A stretch of 64,000 nt of DNA. Origin: Nitrososphaerota archaeon. GTDB lineage: Archaea > Thermoproteota > Nitrososphaeria > PSMU01. Location: NCBI GenBank assembly GCA_040290255.1, contig PSMU01000001.1, positions 198,723-262,722 of the forward strand, given 5' to 3'. Below, one piece after another: positions 9,840 through 18,921 of the stretch; the stretch's first letter is position 1, and each line of letters begins with the position of its first letter. The translations under genes and the position numbers were made by a program. Under the pieces are notes generated by a model. It ran no database searches. It was not told the origin of the DNA and saw only the letters and a list, made by a program, of their open reading frames with translations.

Positions 9840-10454
9840 CTAATCCTTAGGGCTCGCCGCTATGTAGCTCACCGATTCGCCGATATACTTCGCGTGGTCC
9901 GCTATCCTCTCCAGGTAGCGAAGCATCAGCGAGCCGGAGAGGATGCACCTCACATCTGCATCCCTTGAGGCCAGGGCCCTCTTCAGGTGCTCCAGGTAGA
10001 TCTTGTCTATCTCATCGTCCATGGCCTCCAGCCTCTTGGCCATCGTGGCGTCCCTCTCGGCAAAGGCCTGCGCGCTCAGCCTTATCATCTCCTTCACGCG
10101 CTCGGCCGCGGCCCGCGCATCGGCCTTGTCGCAGGAGGAGATGTCGCCGCAGAGGTCCAGGGCCACCATGATATCGTAGGCATACCTGCTCATGCGCCAG
10201 AAGCCGTAGGCGATCTCCATGCAGGACTTTATGAACCTCAGGTCCGAGGCGACGGGCTGAAACCTGGCGATGAGCTCGACGGCCACTTCGCTCGCCTCCT
10301 CCTGAAGGTGCCTGAGCCTCTGGGCCACGCTCAGCGCCTCATCGGGCTTCCCCCTACCCCTCATGTAGGCCTCTATCGCCGTGTCCACGCTCCTCTCCGA
10401 GAGCTGGGCCATCTCCAGTATGAGCGCCCTGAGCCGCTCCAGGCCTATGTCCAT
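9840..10454 (-). CDS. phoU: phosphate transport system regulator PhoU
   Basis: Two PhoU repeats; last gene of the pst operon; start trimmed to ATG at 10454 (MDIGLERLRALILEMAQ). Confidence 0.8.
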   Translation of the reverse strand: MDIGLERLRALILEMAQLSERSVDTAIEAYMRGRGKPDEALSVAQRLRHLQEEASEVAVELIARFQPVASDLRFIKSCMEIAYGFWRMSRYAYDIMVALDLCGDISSCDKADARAAAERVKEMIRLSAQAFAERDATMAKRLEAMDDEIDKIYLEHLKRALASRDADVRCILSGSLMLRYLERIADHAKYIGESVSYIAASPKD

Positions 10455-10467
10455 GAGCCTCGACAAG

Positions 10468-11247
10468 CTAGCCCACCCTCCCCGTGACGTACAGCTCCGT
10501 GAGCCTATGCCTGGGGCTGGTGAAGAGCTGCGCCGCCTCGCCCACCTCCACCACCTCACCTCCGTACAGGAAGGCTATAAAGTCCGAGACCCTGGCGGCC
10601 TGCTGGGGCACATGCGTCACTAGGATCACGGTGTACTCCTGCTTGAGCTCGCGCATGAGCGCCTCTATCTTGCTCGTGGCCACGGGGTCTACGGCCGAGG
10701 TCGGCTCGTCCATCATTATTACTTCTGGGTTCAGCGCCAGGGCCCTGGCGATGCAGAGCCTCTGCTGCTGTCCGCCCGAGAGCCTGGAGGCCTTCTTGCC
10801 CAGCTCCTCCTTCACCTCATCCCAGAGCGCGGCCTTCCTCAGCGCCTCCTCCACGCGCCTGCGCAGCTCCTCTCCCCTCGCGATGCCGTTGACCCTCAGC
10901 GCAAAGGCCACGTTATCATAGATGCTCATGTGGGGGAAGGGGTTGGGTATCTGGAAGATGAGGCCCACCCTCCTCCTGAGCTCCAGGGGGCTCATGGAGA
11001 AGACGTCCGCCCCATCGAGGAGGATGCTGCCCTCCACCCTGGCATCGTGCTGAAGCTCGATCAGGCGGTTGATGCAGCGCAGCAGCGTGCTCTTGCCCGA
11101 GCCCGAGGGGCCCATGATCGTGAAGACGCAGCGCTTCGGCACCTCCAGGCTCACCTGCTTGAGCACCTGCTTGGGGCCCAGCCACACGCTCAGGCGCTGT
11201 ATCTGCAGCGCGGGCGCTTCTCCCTGGCTCATCTCGAGCCCAGCCAC
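10468..11247 (-). CDS. pstB: phosphate ABC transporter ATP-binding protein PstB
   Basis: Walker A GPSGSGKST, ABC signature LSGGQQQRL, PstB-type sequence. Confidence 0.9.
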   Translation of the reverse strand: MAGLEMSQGEAPALQIQRLSVWLGPKQVLKQVSLEVPKRCVFTIMGPSGSGKSTLLRCINRLIELQHDARVEGSILLDGADVFSMSPLELRRRVGLIFQIPNPFPHMSIYDNVAFALRVNGIARGEELRRRVEEALRKAALWDEVKEELGKKASRLSGGQQQRLCIARALALNPEVIMMDEPTSAVDPVATSKIEALMRELKQEYTVILVTHVPQQAARVSDFIAFLYGGEVVEVGEAAQLFTSPRHRLTELYVTGRVG

Positions 11248-12065
11248 CTGGCGGCCCTGGTGCCCATGAATATAAGCAGAACGAGCAGCGCCAAAACGAG
11301 GGAGCCGCCCCAGGCGACCTGGTGCCAGTTATCGTAGGGGCTCAGCGCGAAGAAGAAGATGAGCACGGGCAATCCCGACGTGGGCGAGAGCGGCGAGGTG
11401 AGGTAGAGGTTGAAGGAGGTGGCCGTGGTGAAGAGCAGGGGCGCCGTCTCCCCCATGGCCTTGGCAAGGCCTATCAGGAAGGCCGTGAGCACGCCGCCCG
11501 CCGCGGCGCCCAGGAGCACCCTGACGGTGTGCCTCAGCCGAAGGCCCAGCGCCTCCGCCGCCTCGAGCAGCGACTGCCTGGGGGCCCTGAGCGCCTCGCT
11601 CACCTGCACCACCACGTAGGGCAGCATGACGAGCGAGAGCGCCACCGCCCCCGCCAGCGCGGAGAAGGTGCGCGTGGGCACCACGAGCAGGAGGTAGACC
11701 ACGATGCCTATGACGATGGTGGGGAACTCGACCATGGCCTCAGCGAGCGCCCTGCTGAGGCGGGAGAGGCGTGAGTTAGGGTAAAGCGCAACATAGACCC
11801 CCGTGGCCAGGCCCAGGCCGCCCGCGAGGGCCAGCGCCAGGCCTGACATGAAGAGCGTGCCCTGAAGCGAGGGCCCCACTCCGCCCAGGCCCTGGCCTGG
11901 AAGCGGGGGGAGCGCGGCCAGGAAGCGGGGGCCCACCTGCAGGAGCACGGGGAGCCCCTGCCGCACGACATCGCCCAGCATCCAGAGGAAGGGGAGGAGC
12001 GCGAGCAATGTGCCCGCGGCGCTGAGCAGCAGGGCCAGGGCGTCCTTAGCCCGCACCTCCCCCAC
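11229..12065 (-). CDS. pstA: phosphate ABC transporter permease PstA
   Basis: Polytopic membrane protein between pstC and pstB; overlapping stop/start with neighbours. Confidence 0.85.
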   Translation of the reverse strand: MGEVRAKDALALLLSAAGTLLALLPFLWMLGDVVRQGLPVLLQVGPRFLAALPPLPGQGLGGVGPSLQGTLFMSGLALALAGGLGLATGVYVALYPNSRLSRLSRALAEAMVEFPTIVIGIVVYLLLVVPTRTFSALAGAVALSLVMLPYVVVQVSEALRAPRQSLLEAAEALGLRLRHTVRVLLGAAAGGVLTAFLIGLAKAMGETAPLLFTTATSFNLYLTSPLSPTSGLPVLIFFFALSPYDNWHQVAWGGSLVLALLVLLIFMGTRAARWLGSR

Positions 12066-12942
12066 CCCCTAGGATGCGCTTGAAGAGCGTCAGGAGCCCC
12101 AGGCCCAGCAGGAAGAGCAGGAGCGCGAGAGAGAAGAGCGCGGAGGCCTGCAGCGAGGGGTAGTAAGAGGAGCCGAACTGGTTTACGATCAGGGCCGGTA
12201 TCGTCAGGCCCGGGGCCAGGAGGCTCGCGGAGACGTTGAAGGCCCCGCCCACCGTCATGGCCACGGCCACGGTTTCGCCCATCGCCCTTCCCAGGGCAAG
12301 GGCCAGGCCCCCAAGGACCTGCGCCCTCGTGTAGGCGAGCGTGACCCTGATCGCCTCCCACTTCCCCAGGCCCAGCGCATAGACGCCCTCCACCATCGCC
12401 CTGGGGGCCTGGGCATAGGCCTCCCTGATGAGCGAGGAGGCGAAGGGCGTGATCATGATGGCCAGGACGAGGCTCGCCAGCAGGTAGCTGGGCCCGTAGG
12501 GCCTGGTGGAGAAGAGCGGGATCCAGCCCAGCTGGCCGTAGAGCCAGCTGAAGAGCGTGCCCTTGAGCAGGGGGGCCAGGGAGAGGAGCCCCCAGAGGCC
12601 GAAGAGCACGGCCGGAAAGGAGGCGATCAGGTCGCCCACGTTCACGAGCACCGGCCTCAGCCAACGCGGCGAGAACTCGTTCGAGAAGACCGCCATGGAG
12701 AGGGCCAGGGGCATGGCCAGGCCCACCGCGATGGCGGTCACCACCAGGCTCCCGTAAATGGCCGCAAACCCCCCGTAAACGTCCTCATACGGGCTCCAGC
12801 GGTTGCCCAGGTAGACGCCCAGCCCCAACTTTGAGAAGGCCTCCAGCGAGGCGAGCAGGAGCGCGAGCACGATTAGCGCGATGATGGAAATTAGGAGAAG
12901 GGGAGGAAGCGCCAGCGCGTTGAAGCGGGCCCTTGCCTCCAT
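12046..12942 (-). CDS. pstC: phosphate ABC transporter permease PstC
   Basis: Polytopic permease immediately downstream of pstS. Confidence 0.85.
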   Translation of the reverse strand: MEARARFNALALPPLLLISIIALIVLALLLASLEAFSKLGLGVYLGNRWSPYEDVYGGFAAIYGSLVVTAIAVGLAMPLALSMAVFSNEFSPRWLRPVLVNVGDLIASFPAVLFGLWGLLSLAPLLKGTLFSWLYGQLGWIPLFSTRPYGPSYLLASLVLAIMITPFASSLIREAYAQAPRAMVEGVYALGLGKWEAIRVTLAYTRAQVLGGLALALGRAMGETVAVAMTVGGAFNVSASLLAPGLTIPALIVNQFGSSYYPSLQASALFSLALLLFLLGLGLLTLFKRILGGGGGAG

Positions 12943-12976
12943 CCCGCCGCCGGCCCGATGCTCATGCCTTTCTGCC

Positions 12977-14182
12977 TTACGGCCAGAGCAGGAGATCCCT
13001 GACCGGCCTACCCTGGTAGCTCAGCGCGGCGTTCACCTGCTCTAGGAGCCTGCTGGCCAATGGGCTTGGCAGCGGGATATAGCCCTGCAGCACGATGCTA
13101 TCGCTCTGGCCCGCGGTGAGGAGATACCGAAGCCAGAGGTATACGGCCGCGGCCTCCATGATGTTCGAGTAATGAGCCTTGCAGATGAGATAGCTGAAGG
13201 TGACAATGGGATAAGAGGAGTGGCCCGGCAGGTTCATGAAGAACGAAGTATAGTTGGACCAATCGGCGGTGATGCTGGGCAGGCGGCTCAGGTTCGCGCC
13301 GTTGAGGGCAGCGGCGACCGTTTCGCGGCTGGCGAAGACGGGCAGCCCGTCATGGTTGATGAGCTGTGCCGAGGGGAGGCTGCTGGCCGCGGCGTACTGA
13401 TATTCCACATATCCTATCGAGAAGGGCGTCTGCTGCACCAGCGCGGCGACGCCTTCATTCCCCTTCCCGCCCAGGCCCGTGCCCAGCGCATCGACGGGCC
13501 AGCGCACTGTGAAGCCCGTGCCCACGCCGCTCCCCCTCCACTCCTCGGAGACCCCGTATAGGTACGTGGTGAAGGCGGCCGTAGTGCCGCTGCCGTCGCT
13601 CCTGTGGACCGCTATTATGCTCTCATGGGGCAGCGCGGTGCCCGGGTTGAGCTGCTTTATCCTCGGGTCATCCCAGAAGGAGATCCTGCCCAGGTAGATG
13701 GCCGCGAGCGCCTCGCCATTGAGGATAAGGGGGCTTGAGAGGCCCGGAAGGTTGTAGATGACCGCTATGCTCCCCACGATGACGGGGACCGTGATTATGG
13801 AGCCGTAAAGCCTCACGGCCTCCTGGTACTTCTCCTTGGTCAGGGGGACATCGGAGGCGCCGCAGGTGTAGGTTCCTTGGAGAAAGCCGGAGACGCCGGC
13901 CCCGCTGCCCACCGAGCTGTAGGAGACAGGGATGCCCGCATAGTTCCAGCGGCTCACCCAAACTTGCATCTGCGGGTTAATGAAGCTCGCGCCGCCCATG
14001 ACGAGGTTATACGAAACCTTGGAGGGGGCTATCCTGTCGGAGGGCGCGGGGCTCGATCTTGCCAAAAGTGAGTAAGAGACCGCCGCGGCCGCGGTAAGGA
14101 TGAGCACGACGGCCACCAGAGCTAGCCTGGAGATTCCCTTCACGGCCAGCCTCCCGGCCCCCCTGATATAAGCAAGTCGCAT
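12977..14182 (-). CDS. pstS: phosphate-binding protein PstS (membrane-anchored)
   Basis: 401 aa with N-terminal hydrophobic anchor and PstS-like binding domain (SVGSGAGVSGFLQGTYTCGASD); first gene of pstSCAB-phoU. Confidence 0.85.
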   Translation of the reverse strand: MRLAYIRGAGRLAVKGISRLALVAVVLILTAAAAVSYSLLARSSPAPSDRIAPSKVSYNLVMGGASFINPQMQVWVSRWNYAGIPVSYSSVGSGAGVSGFLQGTYTCGASDVPLTKEKYQEAVRLYGSIITVPVIVGSIAVIYNLPGLSSPLILNGEALAAIYLGRISFWDDPRIKQLNPGTALPHESIIAVHRSDGSGTTAAFTTYLYGVSEEWRGSGVGTGFTVRWPVDALGTGLGGKGNEGVAALVQQTPFSIGYVEYQYAAASSLPSAQLINHDGLPVFASRETVAAALNGANLSRLPSITADWSNYTSFFMNLPGHSSYPIVTFSYLICKAHYSNIMEAAAVYLWLRYLLTAGQSDSIVLQGYIPLPSPLASRLLEQVNAALSYQGRPVRDLLLWP

Positions 14183-14242
14183 GTGAAACTAGTAAATTCA
14201 TTTCTGAATATATTTATTAGGCGCTGATATATACCAAGGCTC
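14183..14242. promoter_or_regulatory. AT-rich divergent promoter region between pstS and the AbrB-PhoU regulator
   Basis: 60 bp island of low GC (aaattcatttctgaatatatttattaggcgctgatatata) with TATA-like elements in an otherwise GC-rich context. Confidence 0.4.
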
Positions 14243-15313
14243 ATGAGCGAGGAGGGGGAGCTCAGGAGGCTGCAGCGCTCGGGCAGGTCTTCGTACATCT
14301 TGGTCCTGCCCAAGAGATGGGTGGAGGAGGCTCGGCTGAAGGAGGGCAAGAGCGTATATGTGGCCAAGCAGGCCGATGGCTCGCTGCTGATATCGCCCTA
14401 TGGGCCCCTCTCGAAGCCCTCGATGGGCGAGGCGCAGATAGAGCTTAGGCAGGGCGACGACGCCAACGCCATCATCAGGAAGATCATTTCGGCGTATCTG
14501 CACGGCTACAGCGCCTTCTACGTCAGGGCCAAGGGGGCGAGGCTAGGGCTCGCGCAGCGGATGACCGTGAAGGAGACGATCCGAAGGTACCTGATAGGGG
14601 CCGAGGTCGTCTCGGAGTCGGCCGAGGGCGTGGTGGCGCAGGTGCTGGTCAGCTACCCGGAGCTGGACGTGGAGGGGGCGCTGCGAAGGATGGCCCTCAT
14701 AGCGCGGAATATGCACAAGGATGCCCTCGATGCGCTGAGGAGGCTCGACAGGGAGCTGGCCGAGGCCGTCATAAGGGCGGATGATGAGGTGGATAGGTTC
14801 GCGCATTACGTGGACAGGCAGCTGAACTTGGCCGTACAGCTCCACGGCCTGCTGAGGGAGCTGGGCCTCAGGTCGCCGAAGGACTGCCTCAGCTACAAGC
14901 TGATAGCGAAGAGCGTGGAGAGGGTCGCGGACCACGCTTCACAGCTGGCCTCCATAGGGCTGAGCCTAAGGGAGGGGCTGAGCCCGAAGCTGCTCGAGGC
15001 CCTCGGGCAGCTGAGCGAGGGCTCGCTGGAGGTCTTCGGCGGGGCGATGGAGGCCCTGTACAAGAGGAGCTATGAGGCGGCGGAAAGCATCGTGGGCGCC
15101 GCGAAGAGCGTCGCGCGCCAGGGCGAGCAGGCCATTGCGGAGCTCAGCCTGGGCGAAACGGACCTGCGCTGGGCCCGCGTTATACTGGAGCATATAAGGC
15201 GCACGGCCGAGTATGCGAGCGATATAGCCGAAGCGGTGCTGAACCTGACGGCCGAGGGCATCGTCGTGAAGGCGCTCGGGCCGAGGGAGCAGGCCCTAGC
15301 GCGGGGCCCCTAG
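14243..15313 (+). CDS. phosphate uptake regulator, AbrB/SpoVT-type DNA-binding domain fused to PhoU domains
   Basis: N-terminus SYILVLPKRWVEEARLKEGKSVYV (swapped-hairpin AbrB-like) followed by two PhoU-like helical repeats; divergent from pstS. Confidence 0.75.
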   Translation: MSEEGELRRLQRSGRSSYILVLPKRWVEEARLKEGKSVYVAKQADGSLLISPYGPLSKPSMGEAQIELRQGDDANAIIRKIISAYLHGYSAFYVRAKGARLGLAQRMTVKETIRRYLIGAEVVSESAEGVVAQVLVSYPELDVEGALRRMALIARNMHKDALDALRRLDRELAEAVIRADDEVDRFAHYVDRQLNLAVQLHGLLRELGLRSPKDCLSYKLIAKSVERVADHASQLASIGLSLREGLSPKLLEALGQLSEGSLEVFGGAMEALYKRSYEAAESIVGAAKSVARQGEQAIAELSLGETDLRWARVILEHIRRTAEYASDIAEAVLNLTAEGIVVKALGPREQALARGP

Positions 15314-15429
15314 GCCCTCTCTTTGGCGCCAGCGCAGGGTCACCATGGCGAAAGCTCAGCCAACCATGGCCGCCAGGGTCCTAAAGGAGAGCCCACAGCT
15401 AATTAACCCGCGAGGTAGGCCTTGGCGGC

Positions 15430-16221
15430 TTGGTGCTGGTATCGCCCCAGCTGGTAAAGGAGAAGGTAAAGGGGAACACGAAGCTGGAGAGGGCGCTGCA
15501 GTTCCTGGAGCAGGACGAGGAGGTGCAGGCCTACCTCAACCTCTGCAACGACATGGTCGTGAAGCGGCTCTTCTATAATGACCACGGGCCCGTGCACTCG
15601 CGGATCGTAGCTGGCGCGGCGCTGGAGATCCTGGAGCTGCTGAACGGGGCGGGCATAAGGCCCTCTATCATGGTGGAGGGCGGCTACGGGCTAGAGGATG
15701 CCCAGCTGGTCGTCCTGCTCGGCGCCTACCTGCACGATATTGGCAACATGATACACAGGGACTTTCACCACGTGACGGGCACCTACCTGGCCCTGGGCCT
15801 GCTGGGCCGCTGCCTGCCCCAGCTCTACGAGGATAGGAGGAGGATGTACAAGGTGCAGCAGGAGGTGCTGCACTGCATCCTTGCCCATGACGAGTCGCTG
15901 AGGGCGCTCACCGTGGAGGCGGGCGTGGTGAAACTCGCGGACGGCACGGATATGGCCGAGGGCAGGGCTAGGATACCCTACAGGGCGGGCAAGTCGGACA
16001 TTCACTCGGTCTCCGCCCTGGCCATCAGGCGGGTGGACATAGTCAGGGGCGAGGAGAGGCCGATAGAGGTGGTGGTGAACATGGACAACGAAGCGGGCCT
16101 CTTTCAGGTGGAGGAGGTCTACGGCAAGAAGATCGCCACCTCGGGCCTGGCCCAGTACATCCTGGTCAGGATGATGAAGGAAGGGAGGCTCTTCAAGGTC
16201 TTCAGGCTGGACAGACATTAG
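15430..16221 (+). CDS. HD-domain metal-dependent phosphohydrolase
   Basis: H...HD motif (GAYLHDIGN) and downstream His/Asp residues (LHCILAHDESL). Confidence 0.7.
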   Translation: MVLVSPQLVKEKVKGNTKLERALQFLEQDEEVQAYLNLCNDMVVKRLFYNDHGPVHSRIVAGAALEILELLNGAGIRPSIMVEGGYGLEDAQLVVLLGAYLHDIGNMIHRDFHHVTGTYLALGLLGRCLPQLYEDRRRMYKVQQEVLHCILAHDESLRALTVEAGVVKLADGTDMAEGRARIPYRAGKSDIHSVSALAIRRVDIVRGEERPIEVVVNMDNEAGLFQVEEVYGKKIATSGLAQYILVRMMKEGRLFKVFRLDRH

Positions 16222-16251
16222 GGATAAAAGGGCGCCTCCGCCAAAACGCCC

Positions 16252-16986
16252 GTGCAGGCGGCCGAGGTGTCGGTGGTGATCTCCGAGCGCAGCTTCTCGC
16301 CGCGAAGGCCCTATCTTGTGGTGGGGGTGCCCGAGGCGGGGCTGGTGGGCTCCATAGCCGCCTCCTACATGGCCCAGAGGCTGGCGCTGCCCGAGGTGGG
16401 CTACCTGGACTCCGACCTCTTCCCTCCTATCGTCGTAGTTCACGACGGCGAGCCCCGTTCCCCCTTCAGGATCTTCGGCAGGGAGGACCTAGTAATCGTG
16501 AACGCGGAGGTGCCGGCCTCGCCCGAGCTCTACTCGCCCATCGCCCAGGCGCTCACCGCATGGGGGCGGGACCTTCAGAGCCCGCTGATGATAGGCATGA
16601 CGGGCCTACCCTCCAGGCAGCGGCTCGAGGTGGAGAGGCCCAGGGTCTTCGCGCTCAGCAGTTCGCCCGAGGTGAGGGAGAGCTTCAGGAGGGCGGGGAG
16701 CGAGGCCTTCCAGGAGGGCTTCTTGGTGGGCTTCTACGCGCAGCTGATGAGGGCCTGCCTTAAGGCCGGCCAGCCTAACCTCACGCTCCTGGCCGAATCC
16801 CATCTGCAGTTCCCCGACCCGGGGGCGGCGGCGGGCATCGTGGCCCAGCTGAGCGCCTACCTCTCGCTGGGCCTGGACGTGAGCCCCCTCATCGAGGAGT
16901 CGGAGCAGATAAGGCTTCGCACGAGGGAGCTGATGAACAAGACACTGGAGAGCATGTCGAAGGTCGCCTCCGGACTGTACGCATAG
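16252..16986 (+). CDS. PAC2-family proteasome assembly chaperone (PbaA/PbaB-like)
   Basis: LVVGVPEAGLVGSIAASYMAQRL N-terminal PAC2 pattern; C-terminus ends LYA, a HbYX-type tail. Confidence 0.6.
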   Translation: MQAAEVSVVISERSFSPRRPYLVVGVPEAGLVGSIAASYMAQRLALPEVGYLDSDLFPPIVVVHDGEPRSPFRIFGREDLVIVNAEVPASPELYSPIAQALTAWGRDLQSPLMIGMTGLPSRQRLEVERPRVFALSSSPEVRESFRRAGSEAFQEGFLVGFYAQLMRACLKAGQPNLTLLAESHLQFPDPGAAAGIVAQLSAYLSLGLDVSPLIEESEQIRLRTRELMNKTLESMSKVASGLYA

Positions 16987-16990
16987 AGGC

Positions 16991-17404
16991 ATGAGCCAGG
17001 AAGAAGGAGCCCCTAGGAGGGTGGAGAGGATGATGGAGGAAGCATATGGGGGCATCAGCTCGGACCTCTGCGAGCCTTCGGAGGGCTGCCTAAAGCCGCT
17101 GTACAGGATAGAGGTCGATGAGAACTACGTCACCGTGACCTTCGATATGCCGGGCGCGAAGAAGGATGAGATAAGGGTGAGCGCGACCGAGGAGATGCTG
17201 GCCGTGGAGGCCAGGCTCGTCGAGCCCGTGGCGCTGATGATGGGCGGTCCGCTTCAGAGAAAGGTGAGCTTCACGAAATACATGAGGAGGATAAGGCTGC
17301 CGGCGAAGGTCGACCCGGAGAGGGCCTCCGCCACCTACAGCAAGGGCCTGCTGTCGATAAGGTTCCCCTTAGAACGAGGGGGCAAGGCCATCAGCATCGA
17401 GTAG
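16991..17404 (+). CDS. small heat-shock protein, Hsp20/alpha-crystallin family
   Basis: Alpha-crystallin domain pattern (VTVTFDMPGAKKDEIRV ... LPAKVDPERASATYSKGLLSIRFP). Confidence 0.85.
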   Translation: MSQEEGAPRRVERMMEEAYGGISSDLCEPSEGCLKPLYRIEVDENYVTVTFDMPGAKKDEIRVSATEEMLAVEARLVEPVALMMGGPLQRKVSFTKYMRRIRLPAKVDPERASATYSKGLLSIRFPLERGGKAISIE

Positions 17405-17433
17405 CTGGCTTAACGGGAGGCGGGGCGGGGGCA

Positions 17434-17545
17434 ATAGCGGGGGTTCTCCCCTGCGGCTACAGGTGTGGATTTGAATTCGGCGCCCTAGGCTCCACCGACC
17501 TCCGGGTTATGAGCCCGGCGGGGTAACCTGGCTCCCCTACCCCGC
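17434..17545 (-). tRNA. initiator-type tRNA-Met (CAT) with two putative introns (about 16 nt and 21 nt) in the T-arm region
   Basis: Minus strand: acceptor AGCGGGG / CCCCGCT (A1:U72), D-arm GGGG-AGCCAGGTTA-CCCC, anticodon arm CCGGG-CTCATAA-CCCGG with three G:C pairs, T-loop TTCAAAT; 112 nt span needs about 37 nt of insertion to give a 75 nt tRNA. Confidence 0.55.
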
Positions 17546-17586
17546 TGGCGCCCAAGCGGGCCCCCTCTAATATAGGCCTTTCGGTG

Positions 17587-18066
17587 CTACTCGCTTATCA
17601 GGCGCACCCTCCCGTGGTCCATCTCATACCTCAGCAGCAGCGCATACCTGCCCCATTCGACGATCCAGAGGAAGAGCCTCTCGGGGTCCACGTCGGGCAT
17701 CTCCCGCCTGAGCAGGGCCAGGAGCAGCTCCTTCTGGACCTCGCCATCCTTCTTGGAGATATAGCCCAGGACCTGCTTGAAGGGAGGCAGCGCGGCCAGG
17801 ATCCTGTTGAGGAGCCTCTTCCTGCCCCTCGAGTCACAGGAGAGCAGTTTCTTGCCCTTATCGGTGAGCTCCAGGTCCCCGTCGCTCACCTTCAGCAGGC
17901 CCAGGAACTCGGCCGCGTTCACGACGGGCAGGAGGCTGTCGACGGACATCACCAGGTCGTTGGAGACGAGCGCCATGTCCACCCTGCCGCCGTAATCCTC
18001 GAGCACCTCAAGTAGCCCTATGACCTGGCCGATATGCACGGAGGAGATCGAGGGGATGTCGGCCAT
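17587..18066 (-). CDS. small cytosolic accessory protein of the ABC transporter (tentatively a stand-alone AAA-associated C-terminal domain)
   Basis: 159 aa, last gene of the permease-ATPase operon; functional assignment by recollection only. Confidence 0.45.
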   Translation of the reverse strand: MADIPSISSVHIGQVIGLLEVLEDYGGRVDMALVSNDLVMSVDSLLPVVNAAEFLGLLKVSDGDLELTDKGKKLLSCDSRGRKRLLNRILAALPPFKQVLGYISKKDGEVQKELLLALLRREMPDVDPERLFLWIVEWGRYALLLRYEMDHGRVRLISE

Positions 18067-18131
18067 CTTGCTGGTTCTTCCTGATGCTTCGCTTCAGCGC
18101 TTAATTAACTTTAACCGTGGCGCGCCCATAG

Positions 18132-18911
18132 CTATACGGGTCCCAGCGCGGGCCCTCCCGCGAGCAGGGAGGTGACCTCATCGGCGATCGCGTACAGCTC
18201 CTGGCTCTTCGGGTCCCTGGGCCTCTTGAGCGGCACGGGCACCTCCTTGAGGATCGTGCCGGGCCTGGGCGTCATGACCAGGATGCGGTCGGCCATGTAC
18301 ACGGCCTCCATGATGTTATGTGTCACCATCAGTATGCTGCTGGGGGGCCTGCTCCTATCCTCCCAGAGGTCCAGCACCTCCTCCCTCAGGTGAGAGGCGG
18401 TGAGCACGTCGAGGCTGGAGAAGGGCTCATCCATCAGCAGGACCTCGGGGTCCGAGACGAGCGCCCTAGCCAAGCCCACCCTCTGCTTCATGCCCCCCGA
18501 CAGCTCGCGCGGGTAGGCCTCCTCAAACCCCTCAAGGCCCACGAGCCTTATAGCCCTGAGGGCCCTCTCCCTCCTCTCCTCCTTGGAGAGGGGCTTGCCC
18601 TCCAGGCCCAGCTGCACATTCTCATACACGGTGAGCCAGGGAAAGAGGGCGAAGTTCTGAAAGACGAAGGCCATCTCGCCGCAGACGCCCTGCACGGGCC
18701 TGCCCTTATAGTACACCGCCCCCTCGCTGGGCTGCACCAGCCCTATGATGATCCTGAGCAGCGTGGACTTGCCGCAGCCCGAGGGCCCTATGATGCAGAC
18801 GAACTCGTTCTCCTGCACGGCCATGTTCACATGCTCGAGCACCACCAGCGGGGGCTGGCCGGGCCTATAGTAGGCCTTCGTGACGTTCTCCACCAGCACC
18901 AGGGGCGCCAA
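18132..18911 (-). CDS. ABC transporter ATP-binding protein, NitT/TauT (nitrate/sulfonate/bicarbonate) type
   Basis: Walker A GPSGCGKST, signature LSGGMKQRV, Walker B LLMDEPFSSLD. Confidence 0.9.
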   Translation of the reverse strand: MAPLVLVENVTKAYYRPGQPPLVVLEHVNMAVQENEFVCIIGPSGCGKSTLLRIIIGLVQPSEGAVYYKGRPVQGVCGEMAFVFQNFALFPWLTVYENVQLGLEGKPLSKEERRERALRAIRLVGLEGFEEAYPRELSGGMKQRVGLARALVSDPEVLLMDEPFSSLDVLTASHLREEVLDLWEDRSRPPSSILMVTHNIMEAVYMADRILVMTPRPGTILKEVPVPLKRPRDPKSQELYAIADEVTSLLAGGPALGPV

Positions 18912-18921
18912 GGGCGCTCAC

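Noticed and set aside
11708-12664. 318 aa minus-strand ORF across pstA/pstC
   Set aside because: Alternative frame of the pst permease genes; Pro/Gly/Arg-rich, whereas the chosen frames give typical permease sequences.
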